From contig OX337239.1 in assembly GCA_946965045.2 (NCBI GenBank), positions 3,100,001 through 3,164,000 on the forward strand: a stretch of 64,000 bases of DNA, read 5' to 3'. Below the pieces are notes generated by a model that saw nothing but the letters and a program-made list of their open reading frames with translations, was not told where the DNA came from and searched no databases. Below are positions 22,550-34,491 of this stretch, piece after piece. Positions within the stretch are counted from its first letter, which is position 1, and the number at the start of each line of letters is the position of its first letter. The position numbers and the translations under genes were made by a program. This DNA is from Epithemia pelagica (taxonomy: Eukaryota > Protista > Bacillariophyta).

Positions 22550-25500
22550 CTCCCCACAATTTGTCGAATGAGGATTGTTATTTTCCTTGTCATGCTTCTG
22601 AACGTTTCCTCCCCAGAAGAATATGATCTTGAACATGGTCCATACTTTCGAGAATTTCCAATGCTTGTTGAGAATGTCTCCTGGATGTTCTCATAGTCAT
22701 CATTCTTGAGTTGGTAGGTCTTGTCGATGCCCTTTGAGCTATGCTCCCCAGGTGCCTTCTTCATCCAAACATTGGGATCTGCTTTAGTTGGTGACAAATC
22801 CATATCAATTGGGGTGTCAAAGAAACAGTCACGCCGACATGCTCCTGAAGATTTTAATCCCTTGGAGGCCTTGTGCATAATCAAGATGTGACCTGATTCC
22901 TTGAGTTCTTGTCTTGCAACTATCAAGATCTTCTCTCCAGATAAAGCTTCCAGGTCGTGTGCATTTCCAACTTTTGCTCCCCATATATCCACATCATTGA
23001 GAATCCCAAGACAGGTGGTTGTATGGAAGTTGTGAATGGAAGTAGCACACAGAATGATTGCCTCAGCCGGTTCTTTGGTAAAAGGTTCGTCTGTGATGAG
23101 AAGTGCTTTGCGACTATCATCATGATTTACAAGATGGACTCGAATCTTGTTCTTGTGATACTCTTCTGAAGATGCATTTATCATTTTCCCTCTGCTGAGC
23201 TGGGTTTGACGATAATCCTTGAATGTCTTGAGAGATTGAGTCCGAGAAACCTGAGAGGGCTCAACTTCAGTAGTGTCGTGCCACTTTTCTTTACCATGTT
23301 GCTTGTCTAACAAAACAACTACTTCTTCATATTTCTGTGGAACTTCTTGATAACCAAACTTGTACTTGATGGAATGACAGACATGCTTGATTCGTGACTG
23401 CTGTTTGGCAGCTTGAACAAGGTATTTACTGGTCTTGACAAAACGCTTGAGATGTTTCCATCCAAGTTCACTCAATAGATCATGTTTCTTGGTGTATGCA
23501 TCGTTTACCATTAGTGACGGAGGCTCATAGATCATCTCCCCAGTCTCCCAATCAACAAGTATATGACAGGGACTTCTTTTGTAGTCAAGATTGTTGCAAA
23601 TACTTGACGGTTCTTGATCTCCGACGACATCTCTGAATTGGAAAACGTTATCTTCAGTTGCCTTTGCTTGGTTATCCTGTTTGATGTATTCCATATGTTG
23701 ACGGTATGAAATTATCTTGTCAATGTCGGAAATGGATTTGTAGAAAGTGTACTTGATATAGTCTTCTTGCTTCAGAGCATCTTGTTCTAAATCAACGATG
23801 CATCTGATAAGACATGGTCGTCGTTGCTCCCCATTATATGGTTGTCGTTGCTCCCCATTTTCCTCAGGATCATAAACAAGGAAAGTTTGGCCAATAGTGT
23901 CATCATATTTGATCGTAGGGATTTGCGTGGATGGATCTTCACCTTTGCAACAAATGAAAACAATGTCAGCTTGTTTGCCGTTGGGTTTATTTGGAAGCGA
24001 CTCCTCCCCTGAAGAGGTATCCACACAAAGGTTGCTGCTGGGTGGCCTGGATGCATCATGAAGAATGGCAGAGTAACAAAGGGTTTGAGTGTCCAGAGAC
24101 AAAGTATCACCAATAGGAGGGGCAAAAACAAGCCACCAGTAGCCAAGTGTCGTGACAAAAGAGGGAGGGTAGGGACGGTGGGAGAGGGCATATGATTCGG
24201 TAGAGTAGGGGGCCTTGTCCCAGATAAGGAAGAAAAGTGGGTGGGTAATGCCGGGTGGGCGACCATTGAGGATCTCAAGAGGGATATGGCCCGAAACGGT
24301 CACGACGTATGTTGTCCTCTTAACGGTCTGATAACGGTTCTCAGCCATGTTCTGATCTTGGAGGTATGGTTTGGAACAGTACTCTCCAAGTATGGGTGTG
24401 AAGAAGGAAGGTGTATCAGGTCCATGATCATAAGGTAAATCCAAGAGAAGGTTGAGGTTACAGGCAACACGATTGGTAGACTTCCCAAAAGCATCATTCG
24501 GATTGCCATCATTTTCAACAGTCCTCGAAGAAGGTGCCGTATCTTGCATGGGATCAAGATGCCAATGATTAAAGCCAGTCACTTGATTGTTGCCGGAGAA
24601 AGTAGACATGCGAGAAAGCAGACGTCGAGATGTCTGAACTTTCTGTTTACAGTTGTTGTTCTCGAGACAATCATTGAGGGTGGATGTTGCCTTGGTATTG
24701 GACATCAAATGAGTAAGATCAGATAGATTATCTTGATGGTTTTGGGAATCATGTTGAATCATGTCGTCAATCCGTGTACTACCAGGGTCAGGATCAGGTT
24801 CCGGATCAATGTCAAGAGTATGTGTCTGTTCCTTCCATGCAGTTGTTGTTGATGCATTCTGGGTAGACTTCTTGTTGTACGCAATGATTACTTGACGACT
24901 CTTGTTAGTGAATTTCTTCCACAGATCTCTTGGAAGACTGATCTTTGGAAGCGAAGATGAATCCTTGGTCTTCATATTAGTTCTCTTAATCCTGTGGTGC
25001 ATTTCTTTGGGTGATCGATTATTGATATCAAAATCTTGGTCATGTCGAAAGCCACGTTGCTTGGTATGCTTACATCGGTTCGACTTTGGTGATCGAGTTG
25101 CTCGGTCATGATCATATGCGGCATCAAGGAGAAGACGGAAATATGATTGATAACAAAGTGTCTTTGCACCAGGCAAGATGTTGACTTGTCGTAAAACAGG
25201 TACCTTTTCAACGGCTTTCATCAGGAAGGTCATCCTAGTGGAGTGGCCAGGAATGTGATCAAACATTGATCCCAGATTGTCGAGAAGATGGAATTGGTGT
25301 TGAAAGTGGAGAAGAAACTGATAGGTTGTGCCGTGCCATGAATCATCGAGACGAAGATTGGAGATGTAGTTGTTAAGACGTAGCACCTCTCTTTTTGCTA
25401 AACGAAATGACGAAATGCAACCTTGGTTCAGACGGAGCTTGGTGAAGTCTGCATTGATTCTCCAATGATCATAATTGGCCTTGGTGAGGTTCAACCAGGT

Positions 25501-25851
25501 AGAGCGAGGTAAATCAGACTGCTGCAGGGTTGAGGTTTGTTCTCGTGACCAATGTGCTAGGATCTTCAGTTGATGCCTTGTAAATGTCTTCAGATCCATC
25601 GTCTTGTTCCCATACTTGTATTGTCCAAGGTCCTTGATATTCTTTTCTGGATTGACTGCAAGATAGTCGATGACATTCAGAATGTGTTCGAAACCACTAT
25701 GTTTTATCCATTGATGAAGGGCTTGAGCTCGTTCTTCATCACATTCAAATAGATGCTGGGTGATATGATTGAACACTTGTGTATCTGATATGTCAGGCGG
25801 TACTGAGTCGTCAGAAGGAAGAGAAGGTGTCTTGGGGTATGTTGGATCCAT
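22525..25851 (-). CDS. Decayed but open gag-pol-derived ORF (1108 aa)
   Basis: Gag-like (LDDSWHGTTYQFLLHF), partial IN (QNMAENRYQTVKR), chromo-like (VDWETGEMIYEP) and partial RT (KGLKSSGA, KADPNVWMK) segments. No protease motif, no YxDD, no RNase H. The stop lies inside the 3' LTR. Confidence 0.75.
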   Translation of the reverse strand: MDPTYPKTPSLPSDDSVPPDISDTQVFNHITQHLFECDEERAQALHQWIKHSGFEHILNVIDYLAVNPEKNIKDLGQYKYGNKTMDLKTFTRHQLKILAHWSREQTSTLQQSDLPRSTWLNLTKANYDHWRINADFTKLRLNQGCISSFRLAKREVLRLNNYISNLRLDDSWHGTTYQFLLHFQHQFHLLDNLGSMFDHIPGHSTRMTFLMKAVEKVPVLRQVNILPGAKTLCYQSYFRLLLDAAYDHDRATRSPKSNRCKHTKQRGFRHDQDFDINNRSPKEMHHRIKRTNMKTKDSSSLPKISLPRDLWKKFTNKSRQVIIAYNKKSTQNASTTTAWKEQTHTLDIDPEPDPDPGSTRIDDMIQHDSQNHQDNLSDLTHLMSNTKATSTLNDCLENNNCKQKVQTSRRLLSRMSTFSGNNQVTGFNHWHLDPMQDTAPSSRTVENDGNPNDAFGKSTNRVACNLNLLLDLPYDHGPDTPSFFTPILGEYCSKPYLQDQNMAENRYQTVKRTTYVVTVSGHIPLEILNGRPPGITHPLFFLIWDKAPYSTESYALSHRPYPPSFVTTLGYWWLVFAPPIGDTLSLDTQTLCYSAILHDASRPPSSNLCVDTSSGEESLPNKPNGKQADIVFICCKGEDPSTQIPTIKYDDTIGQTFLVYDPEENGEQRQPYNGEQRRPCLIRCIVDLEQDALKQEDYIKYTFYKSISDIDKIISYRQHMEYIKQDNQAKATEDNVFQFRDVVGDQEPSSICNNLDYKRSPCHILVDWETGEMIYEPPSLMVNDAYTKKHDLLSELGWKHLKRFVKTSKYLVQAAKQQSRIKHVCHSIKYKFGYQEVPQKYEEVVVLLDKQHGKEKWHDTTEVEPSQVSRTQSLKTFKDYRQTQLSRGKMINASSEEYHKNKIRVHLVNHDDSRKALLITDEPFTKEPAEAIILCATSIHNFHTTTCLGILNDVDIWGAKVGNAHDLEALSGEKILIVARQELKESGHILIMHKASKGLKSSGACRRDCFFDTPIDMDLSPTKADPNVWMKKAPGEHSSKGIDKTYQLKNDDYENIQETFSTSIGNSRKYGPCSRSYSSGEETFRSMTRKITILIRQIVGSVRILTES

Positions 25852-26335
25852 GGTAGTATATGGTTGGTTCGTTGTTTATTTAATGTGTGGTGTGATCTGA
25901 ACCCGGATGTACCACGTGTGTGCCACGTATGTCAGTACCCGGATGTGTGTTGTGCTGGGAACCCGGGTGTGCGGAACTCGGTTTTGTCTCTGGTTTGTTG
26001 TGGAAACTACTTAAAGATACTTATCCTTGGTCACTTCCTGACTCGTTGCGGTGATCGAGTTGAACCAGGGAGTCAGGAATAATGGTAGCTTCCTCGTCTT
26101 GCTCGTAGTCCTCAGCAAAGTACTGGTCAGGTGAGTATTGGGAAGGTAGTTGCACGAAGTCCTGGTCCAGCTTGAGGTCCTGGAATAGGAGAGGGTTGAT
26201 GACCCTAGCCTTAGCCAGGCTGGCCCTGTTGTTGGGTTGGGTAGCTTTGTCCTCTAACTCTTGTTTGTTGGTGTAGCTCAATCTGTACTCAATGTAGATG
26301 GGCAAGTATGATCTCCAATGCGACTGCAGGGCAAT

Positions 26336-26355
26336 GAGCGATGAGACTGTTAATC
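26336..26355 (-). promoter_or_regulatory. Primer-binding site of element 2, complementary to a tRNA-Asn(GUU) 5' half
   Basis: The plus strand reads GAGCG-A-TGAGA-CTGTTAA-TC against the LTR: loop CT-GTT-AA with TC pairing back to GA. Confidence 0.7.
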
Positions 26356-27109
26356 TAGCAGAACTCTCATTGAGAATTCAGAAGGGTAATAGGTAGTTGG
26401 GTAAAAGGCTCGCTGAGCCGACAATCGAATCACCAACCGATACAACAATCCTCCACGGGTCAGAGAAGAGTTGCAAGTCGAAGTCCGCCGTGGGTGGGGG
26501 CAGTCGGTCCACTGATAAGAGGTAAGTCTTAAGATGAGTGTTAAAATGGTGATATTAATGATTGTGAGACGATTACTAACTAAGGTGGTTGATGGTGCCG
26601 AAGTCCTGGCTCTTGTATACGGCCATGGATCTGGTGTGATAGGTCCTCACTGGTTGGAGTAGACCGGCATTGGTGTATATTGAATGTATAGGGTGATGGA
26701 TAACATGTATGGGATGCAACAGCTCTTGCTTTGTCGTGGTATAAGTCTTGTGCTGGGCGCGTTGCTGTTTGCATTCTTGGATTAGTGGGAAAAGAGATAT
26801 GGTCTCGCGTGATCGTGATTCGTGCTTTGATTACATAGACCGTTAGGTCGAATCGTGGATGCGCGTACTCGGATAGTCAAGGCGCGCATTCGATGGTTTT
26901 GGGCGCGCACGTGTTGGGCCATAGTTAATATCCGAGCGGTCGCCAATAACACGTGCAATGCGAGCATGCCATGGCCAAATTTATAGTTTCGCGAGCATGC
27001 CGACATTCCTTTCTCACTATTAGGAAAATGTCATCGGATGCCATAAAATACTAGCATCATTCGATGAGTTGTAGGTTTCGCCACCTAGCTTTCGGTGAGA
27101 ATCCTAACA
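26356..27109 (-). repeat. 5' LTR of element 2
   Basis: Direct repeat of 21796-22549. Confidence 0.92.
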
Positions 27110-27889
27110 CCTTCAACAACAGCAAGCGGTGACAACGACAAGCGACGACAACGGCATGCGACAAGACAGCAAGCGGCAACAACGACAAGCGGCGACAACG
27201 ACAAGCGACGACAGCGACATCCGACGACAATGACATACTCAACAATCAACTGCTCGTTTCGGCCAAACGGCAAAACATTCGGCGACCACGGCACGGCAAC
27301 AGCACCATACTCAACACCGAAACGATTGCCTATTGTACGACCTACGACACAGAGAAGCATGTACTAAGCTAGATAGATGTTCTGTACTAGTAGCTGTTTA
27401 TATGCATACTCGTAGAGGAGGCGGGTTGATTATTGTGCTAGCGCCGCCTCACCATGGTGATGGTGTGGGGTGCAGTTGGTGAGAAGAATCTCGCAACAAA
27501 ATGTGCAAGAGCATGAGGGCAATTCATTTTACTTTAGGAAAATGTATGGTGTAGTGAATCTCGTAGGGCCGGAAGTTCAACCGAGTATCGGAAACGTGAA
27601 GCACGGGCCACTACGGTTACCCATATCGATTGATGGAGCTCGTAGCAGGATGGAACAAATTCGCCATTAGAGGTCCGCAGAAACAAGGACAGCAGACAGA
27701 CTAAACCTTAACTCTACTGTGTGAAGTCTACCGCCCGTCTCACCTGCCACGCGTCTAAGTAATCCTTCCATTGGAAGGGCCGGCGTCGAAATGACAGTTG
27801 GTGGTTGGCGTCACGATTCAAATTTGAAATTTGGGATGCTAGTTTATTCCGGTATCCAATAAAACTTCTACGGTACTCCGAACAAGAGT

Positions 27890-28096
27890 GCGTGATCTTC
27901 TTCATTGCGTGGCTACGGTCACGATTTGTCTTGTGACGAAAGCGACTCATCTTCGGTCCATCCTTTTCGTCAAGTCAGTCGTGCTTCCAGTCCGCACCCG
28001 TCAGCATCAGCATCGCAACGAAAGAGCAAACCTACGTGCCTCTTACAAGACAGTGTCTCGATCCCCATAAATTTGCTGCAGTCATTTTGTGAAACC
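27890..28096 (+). promoter_or_regulatory. Conserved upstream module of kelch genes (one example)
   Basis: About 200-bp block (acggtcacgatttgt...gtcaagtcagtcgtgcttccagtccgcaccc...CATAAAT) also found before K7, K9 and K11. CATAAAT lies 29-37 bp before the ATG in K3, K4, K6, K7, K8, K9 and K11. Confidence 0.6.
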
Positions 28097-29282
28097 ATGG
28101 CCACGACGATGAAAGAAAAAGCATGGCAGTCGGGCCTTGTCCTGTTAGACGAGACACCTGAATGGAATTTCGAGGACTGGCCTCCTCTTGCGGGTGGATG
28201 GCGTTGCTATCATGCTTCGGTCGTTCTCGATCATCCCGATAACAAGACGGAACAAACCGTCGTCGTGTTGGGCGGATATCGAACAGGTTATGGCGAGGTC
28301 AATTCCATTCTTGTATTAAATTTGGCAGACCCAGACAAGCAGTGGCGAGGGGCCACCAATGAACAAGAGTCGTCGAGGACATGCCGCTGTTTTGTGCAAT
28401 GGCGGCGTCTACGTGATGGGAGGTCGCAATACAGCAACTTTGGATTGTATCGAACGCATTGATGCGAACGATATACTACAACCATTTTTAACAGCAAGCA
28501 CCACACATACGAGTAATTGGACGACATTGACATGTCGATTATCAACGCGACGGTTTGGATGTTGTGCTGTCGCGGTTCACAACCGATACATCGTTGTAAT
28601 GGGCGGCTACAACGATCATGATTTGTCGTCAGTGGATATTATAGATACAAACAACCACACTGTCACTGCGGGACCAAGCATGAATATTCCTCGATCATAT
28701 TGTGCTAGTGTGGTCATTGGTAACCGCATCTTCTCCGTTGGAGGCTACACAGGACGCTCGGTGGAGTATTTGGAATTTTCAAAGCCTGGTGACAATGAAG
28801 AGACAAAAAAGGAAACTGGCTCGACGTTCATTTCTTTCTCGTCGACCTGGACCGCTCATTCTAATATGGTGCTTTCCAATGCACGAAGTTCTTGTGCAGT
28901 GGTTACCGTGGGATCCTGTTTGGTAGTGGCCGGAGGACTAGGCGATTCAACCGTGGACGTCTTGGATACGCACCGCAACCGTGTGTGGAATCTCCCACCA
29001 TTCGGAAATCGCCGCGATCACTTCAGTATGGCGATTGTTGCCAATCATGTTGCCGTGATAAGTGGTTTTGGCAGTTCTGCCTGTGCGACATTACCACTAC
29101 TGGACAAGCATACGTGGTGTTTTCGACGACTCTTTGAGCATCAGATCGACAGATGTTGTCTATTTCGGGAAGGAAGGAATATCCAACTTGCTGATAATTC
29201 ACCCTTCTCCGCCTCGACATCAGCTCATAAACGAGCAAGGCCCGATACACGCCGTGGTGATGAAGGAAAGGATGAAACTTGA
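28097..29282 (+). pseudogene. Kelch-repeat copy K3, frameshifted
   Basis: Starts MATTMKEKAW at 28097. A 2-bp loss near 28349 (gcgag-gggccacc vs gcgagAAgggccacc in paralogs) shifts into the 28359-29282 frame. It could be a sequencing error. Confidence 0.85.
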
Positions 29283-31900
29283 AATTTGCAACGTATTGCA
29301 TGTATGTCCTAACAATAGCGGAACTGTAGCATTATCATTTTACTCTCAAACAGTTGGTGTACTGTATTCTTCATGGCATTGCGACCTCTAGAGATATCAC
29401 ATACACCTTTGTACTAGTAGAAAACGAAGGTTACACCATCCGGCATGACACCGCAAACAGGAGTGGAGCCAGGCCTCGGGTAGATGTCCATGGTACCATG
29501 CCTCTCTGAAGTTAACTAGGTCGACTTATCATGCTGTGGAAAATTATGGTTGCGTGCCTGCAACACTTGGCGCAGCGACTCGTTTGGACGGTCGACCATG
29601 CGTTCAATTGTGGAGTCCGGGCTTTCTATGGCTAACGCCTACGTGAGAGGACAGTACCCCGTCTCTCGATGCTTGTGGTTTCGGGTGACAGAACCCTTTG
29701 GAATTTTTGCCACCGAAGTGTTCGATATTTCCTCCACTACAGCAACTAGTCTTTGTGAAGTCTTTATGATTCAGCAATTTGCTTGCGTCGATCCAGCAAT
29801 CAGTCTCTCTGTAGTGGCTCGTTGACAGCCCATGGGTATCGGTCCATGGGGATCAACAAGAACAATCGTAGTGTGCAAAGTTATGTCTTGCCCCTCAATG
29901 CCAGTTCCGTCGAAACCTTGTTGCACGATTACAACACTGTCGAACAGCAGCGTTGGACATTGACCAGTACAAGCTTTGTGCCTCGTACAACACCACAAAA
30001 CCACGACCACGACTGCCGCCGATCATGTCTTGGCTGTAGTCTACTAGAACTGCTTGTTCTTCTTCTTCTTTGTTGGATTCTGGTTGGTGTTGCTGCCTTG
30101 TCGTTCCACACCGACAACCAGCTTGAATCTTCGTATGTATTAGACTTGAAAGGGCGATGCGACTCTTTCCCATGATCAATTCTTCACTGGTGTGTGGAGC
30201 CGGCAAACACGATAGGCATCCAAACGTTCAGCGTCGTCTTTGAAGACGATCAATGGTTGAAAGAGATACCGACAAAGAACCAAGGTCACGCCCGTCCAGC
30301 GAGCAAGGGTAGCTTGAGAGGTCACTATTGAATTACCGCTCCGACCTCGTTGAAAGAAAATTCATACCTTTACCCGCTTTTGTACACAACGTCTTGTTGT
30401 GGTGTTCAACCTCCAACCACAGGTTCGAGTCGAATCTTCATCCGTGATGCGCATATGCTGGAACCACACAAGAAGAAGAAGGAACGTGTGGGTCGCGTTC
30501 GAATGGACAGCAGTATGGGCGACAACCAGGAAGGTACTGCCTGCCACTCAACCTGTTTCAAGGAGAAGTTGTGACAATGTATACATTGTCGAACGTGTGT
30601 ATTACATGCTTGTTGTGTTTGGAGTTCCGGACCAAGACTTTCTGCGCAAAGGAGTATATTCGACGGGCAAGATGGGGCATCCCTCTAGTATTTTGGTGGC
30701 TGTCCCTGGACGGCCTCGAACCAACAATCGTTCCACATGTGGCTCAAGAATAGCCCCAGCGTCGTCGTTCGTCGTCCAATCCCATCCACACCAGGAAACC
30801 ATTGCTGTGCGTCCTCCACTCGCACTACCAACGGTTGAAACTCTTCTCAAGACGCATTTGCTTGCGGTCCTCCCAGAGATGTAGTCTCCCACGGTTGCAG
30901 CCAATCGGGATGGATGCGGTGCGCAAGAGTCGTTGACACTCTCGTGTCCCACCAATAAGAGCAGTAGTCTCCCAAGGCTGTCCTTTCACAGACCAAGCTC
31001 GTTCGGACAGTGGTTGGCGCATACCAATCACAAATCCTCGGGCACCGAAAATATCCCAAAGACATTAGCTTTCCGCACGTATAGGAGGAGCCTGTTTCAA
31101 GAAATGATACCAAATGGTCTTGTTGAAGTCATGAATTGTATCACTCTCCGTTTGTCGAATTCCAATTCCTGATTGTGTGGATTGGAGGATCCCATGATTT
31201 TGGGAGGAGGCGTAATGATGGATTCCACCATTAGGGATGACAGATACTCGTCACGTGACACTGTGTCATGAGACACCAAGCTTCCATGGCTTGTATGGGT
31301 AAGCCGACTACCAAAGGAGGACGAGTAGTGGTAGTTGTTGATAAGGAGGATGTTTTTGTTGTTGCCGAAAAGGAAATAGAGGTGGTTGCCCTTTTGTCGT
31401 GCGTCAATCAGGATCTCAGCCGTTTTGCTGCTCATAGACGACCGGAAACAAGACGAGCAAACGGAGAAGGATAACCACGCGAACGTTTCATGACACGGAA
31501 TGGATTCGAATCCCTTGCAGAGACCACGTTGTGTTGGTAGTGTTGTTGCTCCTGCCGTCCTTCATTCTCTCTTTCGAAGAGAACAGCACCACTCCCATAG
31601 CTCGAATTCGGTACACTTGGTCAACGAAGAAAATATGATGATCATGCGCCGTCTTGTCCATCTTTCTTGTTTTGCTGGATCTATGAATTCGAATCTGCTG
31701 TTTTGTTCTGTCATGCATTATATGTGCGACCCACTCTTGCCCAAGATTGCGTACCTACGACAGACACTCTGGCTCAAATGCTTCCACGCGTAGTTCAGAA
31801 AATTTTGAGTTGATGTTCCATCAGTCCGCATCCATCACAGCATCAAAACTGATGCCTTTCGATCCTCCTCATAAATTCGCTGCTGTCATTGTGTGGAACC

Positions 31901-33040
31901 ATGACCACGGCACTGAAAGAACAAGCATGGCAGTCGGGCCTTGTCCTTTCAGACGGGACAGCAGAATGGAATGAGAACAACTGGCCTCCTCTTGAGGGTG
32001 GATGGCGAGAGCGTCATGCTTCGATCGTACTGACTCATACCGACAACAACAAGGAACAAACCGTCGTCGTGTTGGGCGGATTTCAACAAGGCCAAGGCGT
32101 GCTTGATTCCGTTCTTGTATTAAACTTGGCAGAATCAAACAAGCAGTGGCGGGAAGGTCCACCCATGCACCAGAAACGTTCTGGACATGCCGCTGTTGTG
32201 TGCAATGGAGGCATTTACGTGATTGGAGGATTCTCTGAAGGTTCATGTTTGAATTGTATGGAACGAATTGATGCCAATGATGTGCTGGAATCATCTTTTA
32301 CATCAAGCACCACACATGCGAGTAATTGGACGAGATTAAGCTGTCGATTATCAAAGGGACGACATGGATGTTGTGCTGTTGCGGTGCACAACCGATACAT
32401 CGTTGTAATGGGTGGCTACAGCGATCATGATTTGTCGCCAGTGGATATTATAAATACAAACAACCACACTGTCACTGAGGGACCAAGCATGACTGTTCCA
32501 CGAAAATGGTGTGCCAGTGCGGTGATTGGCCACCGCATCTTTGTCGTTGGAGGTTGGAACGGTAATGAATATCTTGACTCGGTGGAGTATTTGGACTATG
32601 CAACACCCTTTGACAATGATGAGACAGAAAAGGAGATAGGCTCGACGTTCATGTCTTTCTCGTCCACTTGGATCACTCAGTCGGAGTTGAGGCTTTCCAA
32701 TGCACGAAGTTGTTATGCAATGGTTGCCGTGGGATCTTGTCTAGTGGTGACTGGAGGATACGAATCATCCGTGGAGGTCTTGGATACGCATCACAACTGC
32801 ATGTGGAATCTCCCACCATTCGTGAATCACCGCAATGGCTGCAGTATGGTGACTGTTGCCAATCAAGTTGCCGTGATTGGTGGACTCCGCAATCCTTCCT
32901 GTGCAACATTACCACTTCTGGATAGAAATTCGTGGTGTTTTCGTCGACTCTGTGAGCAGCAACCGAACGGATGGCATCATTCTCTTGAAGGTGTGGGTAT
33001 TCGAGATGATGATATCTCACCCTTCTTCACCTCGGCATGA
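31901..33040 (+). CDS. Kelch-repeat protein, copy K4
   Basis: Open six-blade paralog; ATG at 31901. Confidence 0.9.
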   Translation: MTTALKEQAWQSGLVLSDGTAEWNENNWPPLEGGWRERHASIVLTHTDNNKEQTVVVLGGFQQGQGVLDSVLVLNLAESNKQWREGPPMHQKRSGHAAVVCNGGIYVIGGFSEGSCLNCMERIDANDVLESSFTSSTTHASNWTRLSCRLSKGRHGCCAVAVHNRYIVVMGGYSDHDLSPVDIINTNNHTVTEGPSMTVPRKWCASAVIGHRIFVVGGWNGNEYLDSVEYLDYATPFDNDETEKEIGSTFMSFSSTWITQSELRLSNARSCYAMVAVGSCLVVTGGYESSVEVLDTHHNCMWNLPPFVNHRNGCSMVTVANQVAVIGGLRNPSCATLPLLDRNSWCFRRLCEQQPNGWHHSLEGVGIRDDDISPFFTSA

Positions 33041-33468
33041 GCTCGTAAACGAGCAAGGCCCAATACATGCCAAAATGATAGAGGGAATGATGAAGCCTAG
33101 CCGTTTATTTCTCGAGTGGTTGACTTGTTTTCTACATTCGATTGCAATCTTAGAACCTAGTAGGTAGTTACTCAAAAGTAGAAAGAACATGTTGCAAGAA
33201 AGAGGGTGCTTGTTTGTTGTCAAAGATGTGGAAAGAACGACCAATTTTTTGTCTCTTAAAGTGGTAGTGCCAGGGCTTTGTGGTGGCATCTTGACACTTT
33301 GTAGGACACAGAGACATGGTCCATGGATCGGTTGCCGTCAAGGGACGCCGGAAGCCGACAGTGGTGCACTCCAGAAAGGACGAGTTTCGCATCGATTTCG
33401 TAGCCAAGGGCAATACGGTTGGTCGCCATTTTGTGTCCACTACTATTGAGTAGTGAAGAGTACTCTTA

Positions 33469-34491
33469 GTGTTCGTGACTGGACAAGGCCAATGTGTCAC
33501 CAATTCCGTGCTTGTATTGAATTTAGCAGAATCAAACAAGCAGTGGCGCGAAGGGCCATCCATGAACAAGAGACGTTATGGACATGCCGCTGTTGTGTGC
33601 AATGACGGCGTCTACGTGATGGGAGGAAACAATGGAGTGAATCTGGATTGTATGGAACGAATTGATTCCAATGATTTGCTGCAATCATCTTCGACATCAA
33701 GCAGCACACGTGCGAGCCATTGGACAAGATTAAACTGTCGGTTATCAACGGGACGATCACGATGTGGTGCTGTTGCGATTCAGAACCGATACATCGTTGT
33801 AATAGGTGGCTGGAACATGGGTTATTTTTCGTCGATGGATATTATTGATACCACGCACCACACCGTCACTGTGGGACCATCCATGACTGTTCCACGACAT
33901 TTTTGTGCCAGTGCGGTCATTGGTCACCGCATCTTTGTCGTTGGAGGCCAAAAGGATGATGACTTTCTTGACTCGGTGGAGTATTTGGAATTTTCAAAGC
34001 CTGAGACTGGCTCTACATTCTTTTCTTTCTCATCCCCTTGGACCACTCATTCTGAGTTGGTGCTTTCCGATGCACGAAGTTCTTGTGCAGTGGTTTCCGT
34101 GGGATCTTGTCTGGTGGTGGTGGGAGGAAGGACGAATTTAACCGTGCAAGTCTTGGATACACACCGCAACCTCGGATGGAATCTCGCTCCATTTCGTAAT
34201 TTCCGCAGGGGCTGCAGTCTGGTGACTGTTGCCAATCAAGTTGCCGTGATTGGTGGTGGATACAATCCTACCTGTGCAACATTACCACTACTGGACAAGA
34301 ATTCGTGGTGTTTTCGACAACTCTGTGAGCACCAATTGAACGGATGGTATCGTTCTCTTGAAGGTGCGGATATCCGAGATGAGGATATCTCACCCTTCTT
34401 CACATCGAAGTCAGCTGGTAAACACGCAAGGCCCAATACGCTCCATGGTGACAAAGAGAAGGATCAAGCCTCTAGCCGTTTATTTCTCTAG
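33469..34491 (+). pseudogene. Kelch-repeat copy K5, 5'-truncated
   Basis: Lacks the conserved MTTTLKEQAW...LGG N-terminus and the promoter module. Spacer sequence gttcgtgac is fused to internal kelch sequence. The first ATG (33562) lies inside blade 2. Confidence 0.8.

Larger units (their letters stand above)
21796..27109 (-). mobile_element. Non-autonomous copia/CoDi-derived LTR retroelement
   Basis: 754-bp LTRs at 21796-22549 and 26356-27109 (constant offset 4560, one substitution seen). 5-bp TSD CCTTC at 21791-21795 and 27110-27114. PPT GTGGGGAG (minus strand) before the 3' LTR. Minus-strand LTR ends are TG...TA. Confidence 0.92.

Noticed and set aside
26021-26305. 94-aa ORF in the leader of LTR element 2
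   Set aside because: No recognisable motif and only one copy to compare, so it cannot be supported as a gene.
27400-27445. Possible Helitron 3' end (GC-rich stem near CTAG)
   Set aside because: The CTAG lies inside the putative stem rather than downstream, and there is no matching 5' TC end or Rep/helicase sequence.
30399-31474. Cluster of short ORFs between K3 and K4
   Set aside because: No consistent frame or domain; possibly a decayed gene, but unsupported.
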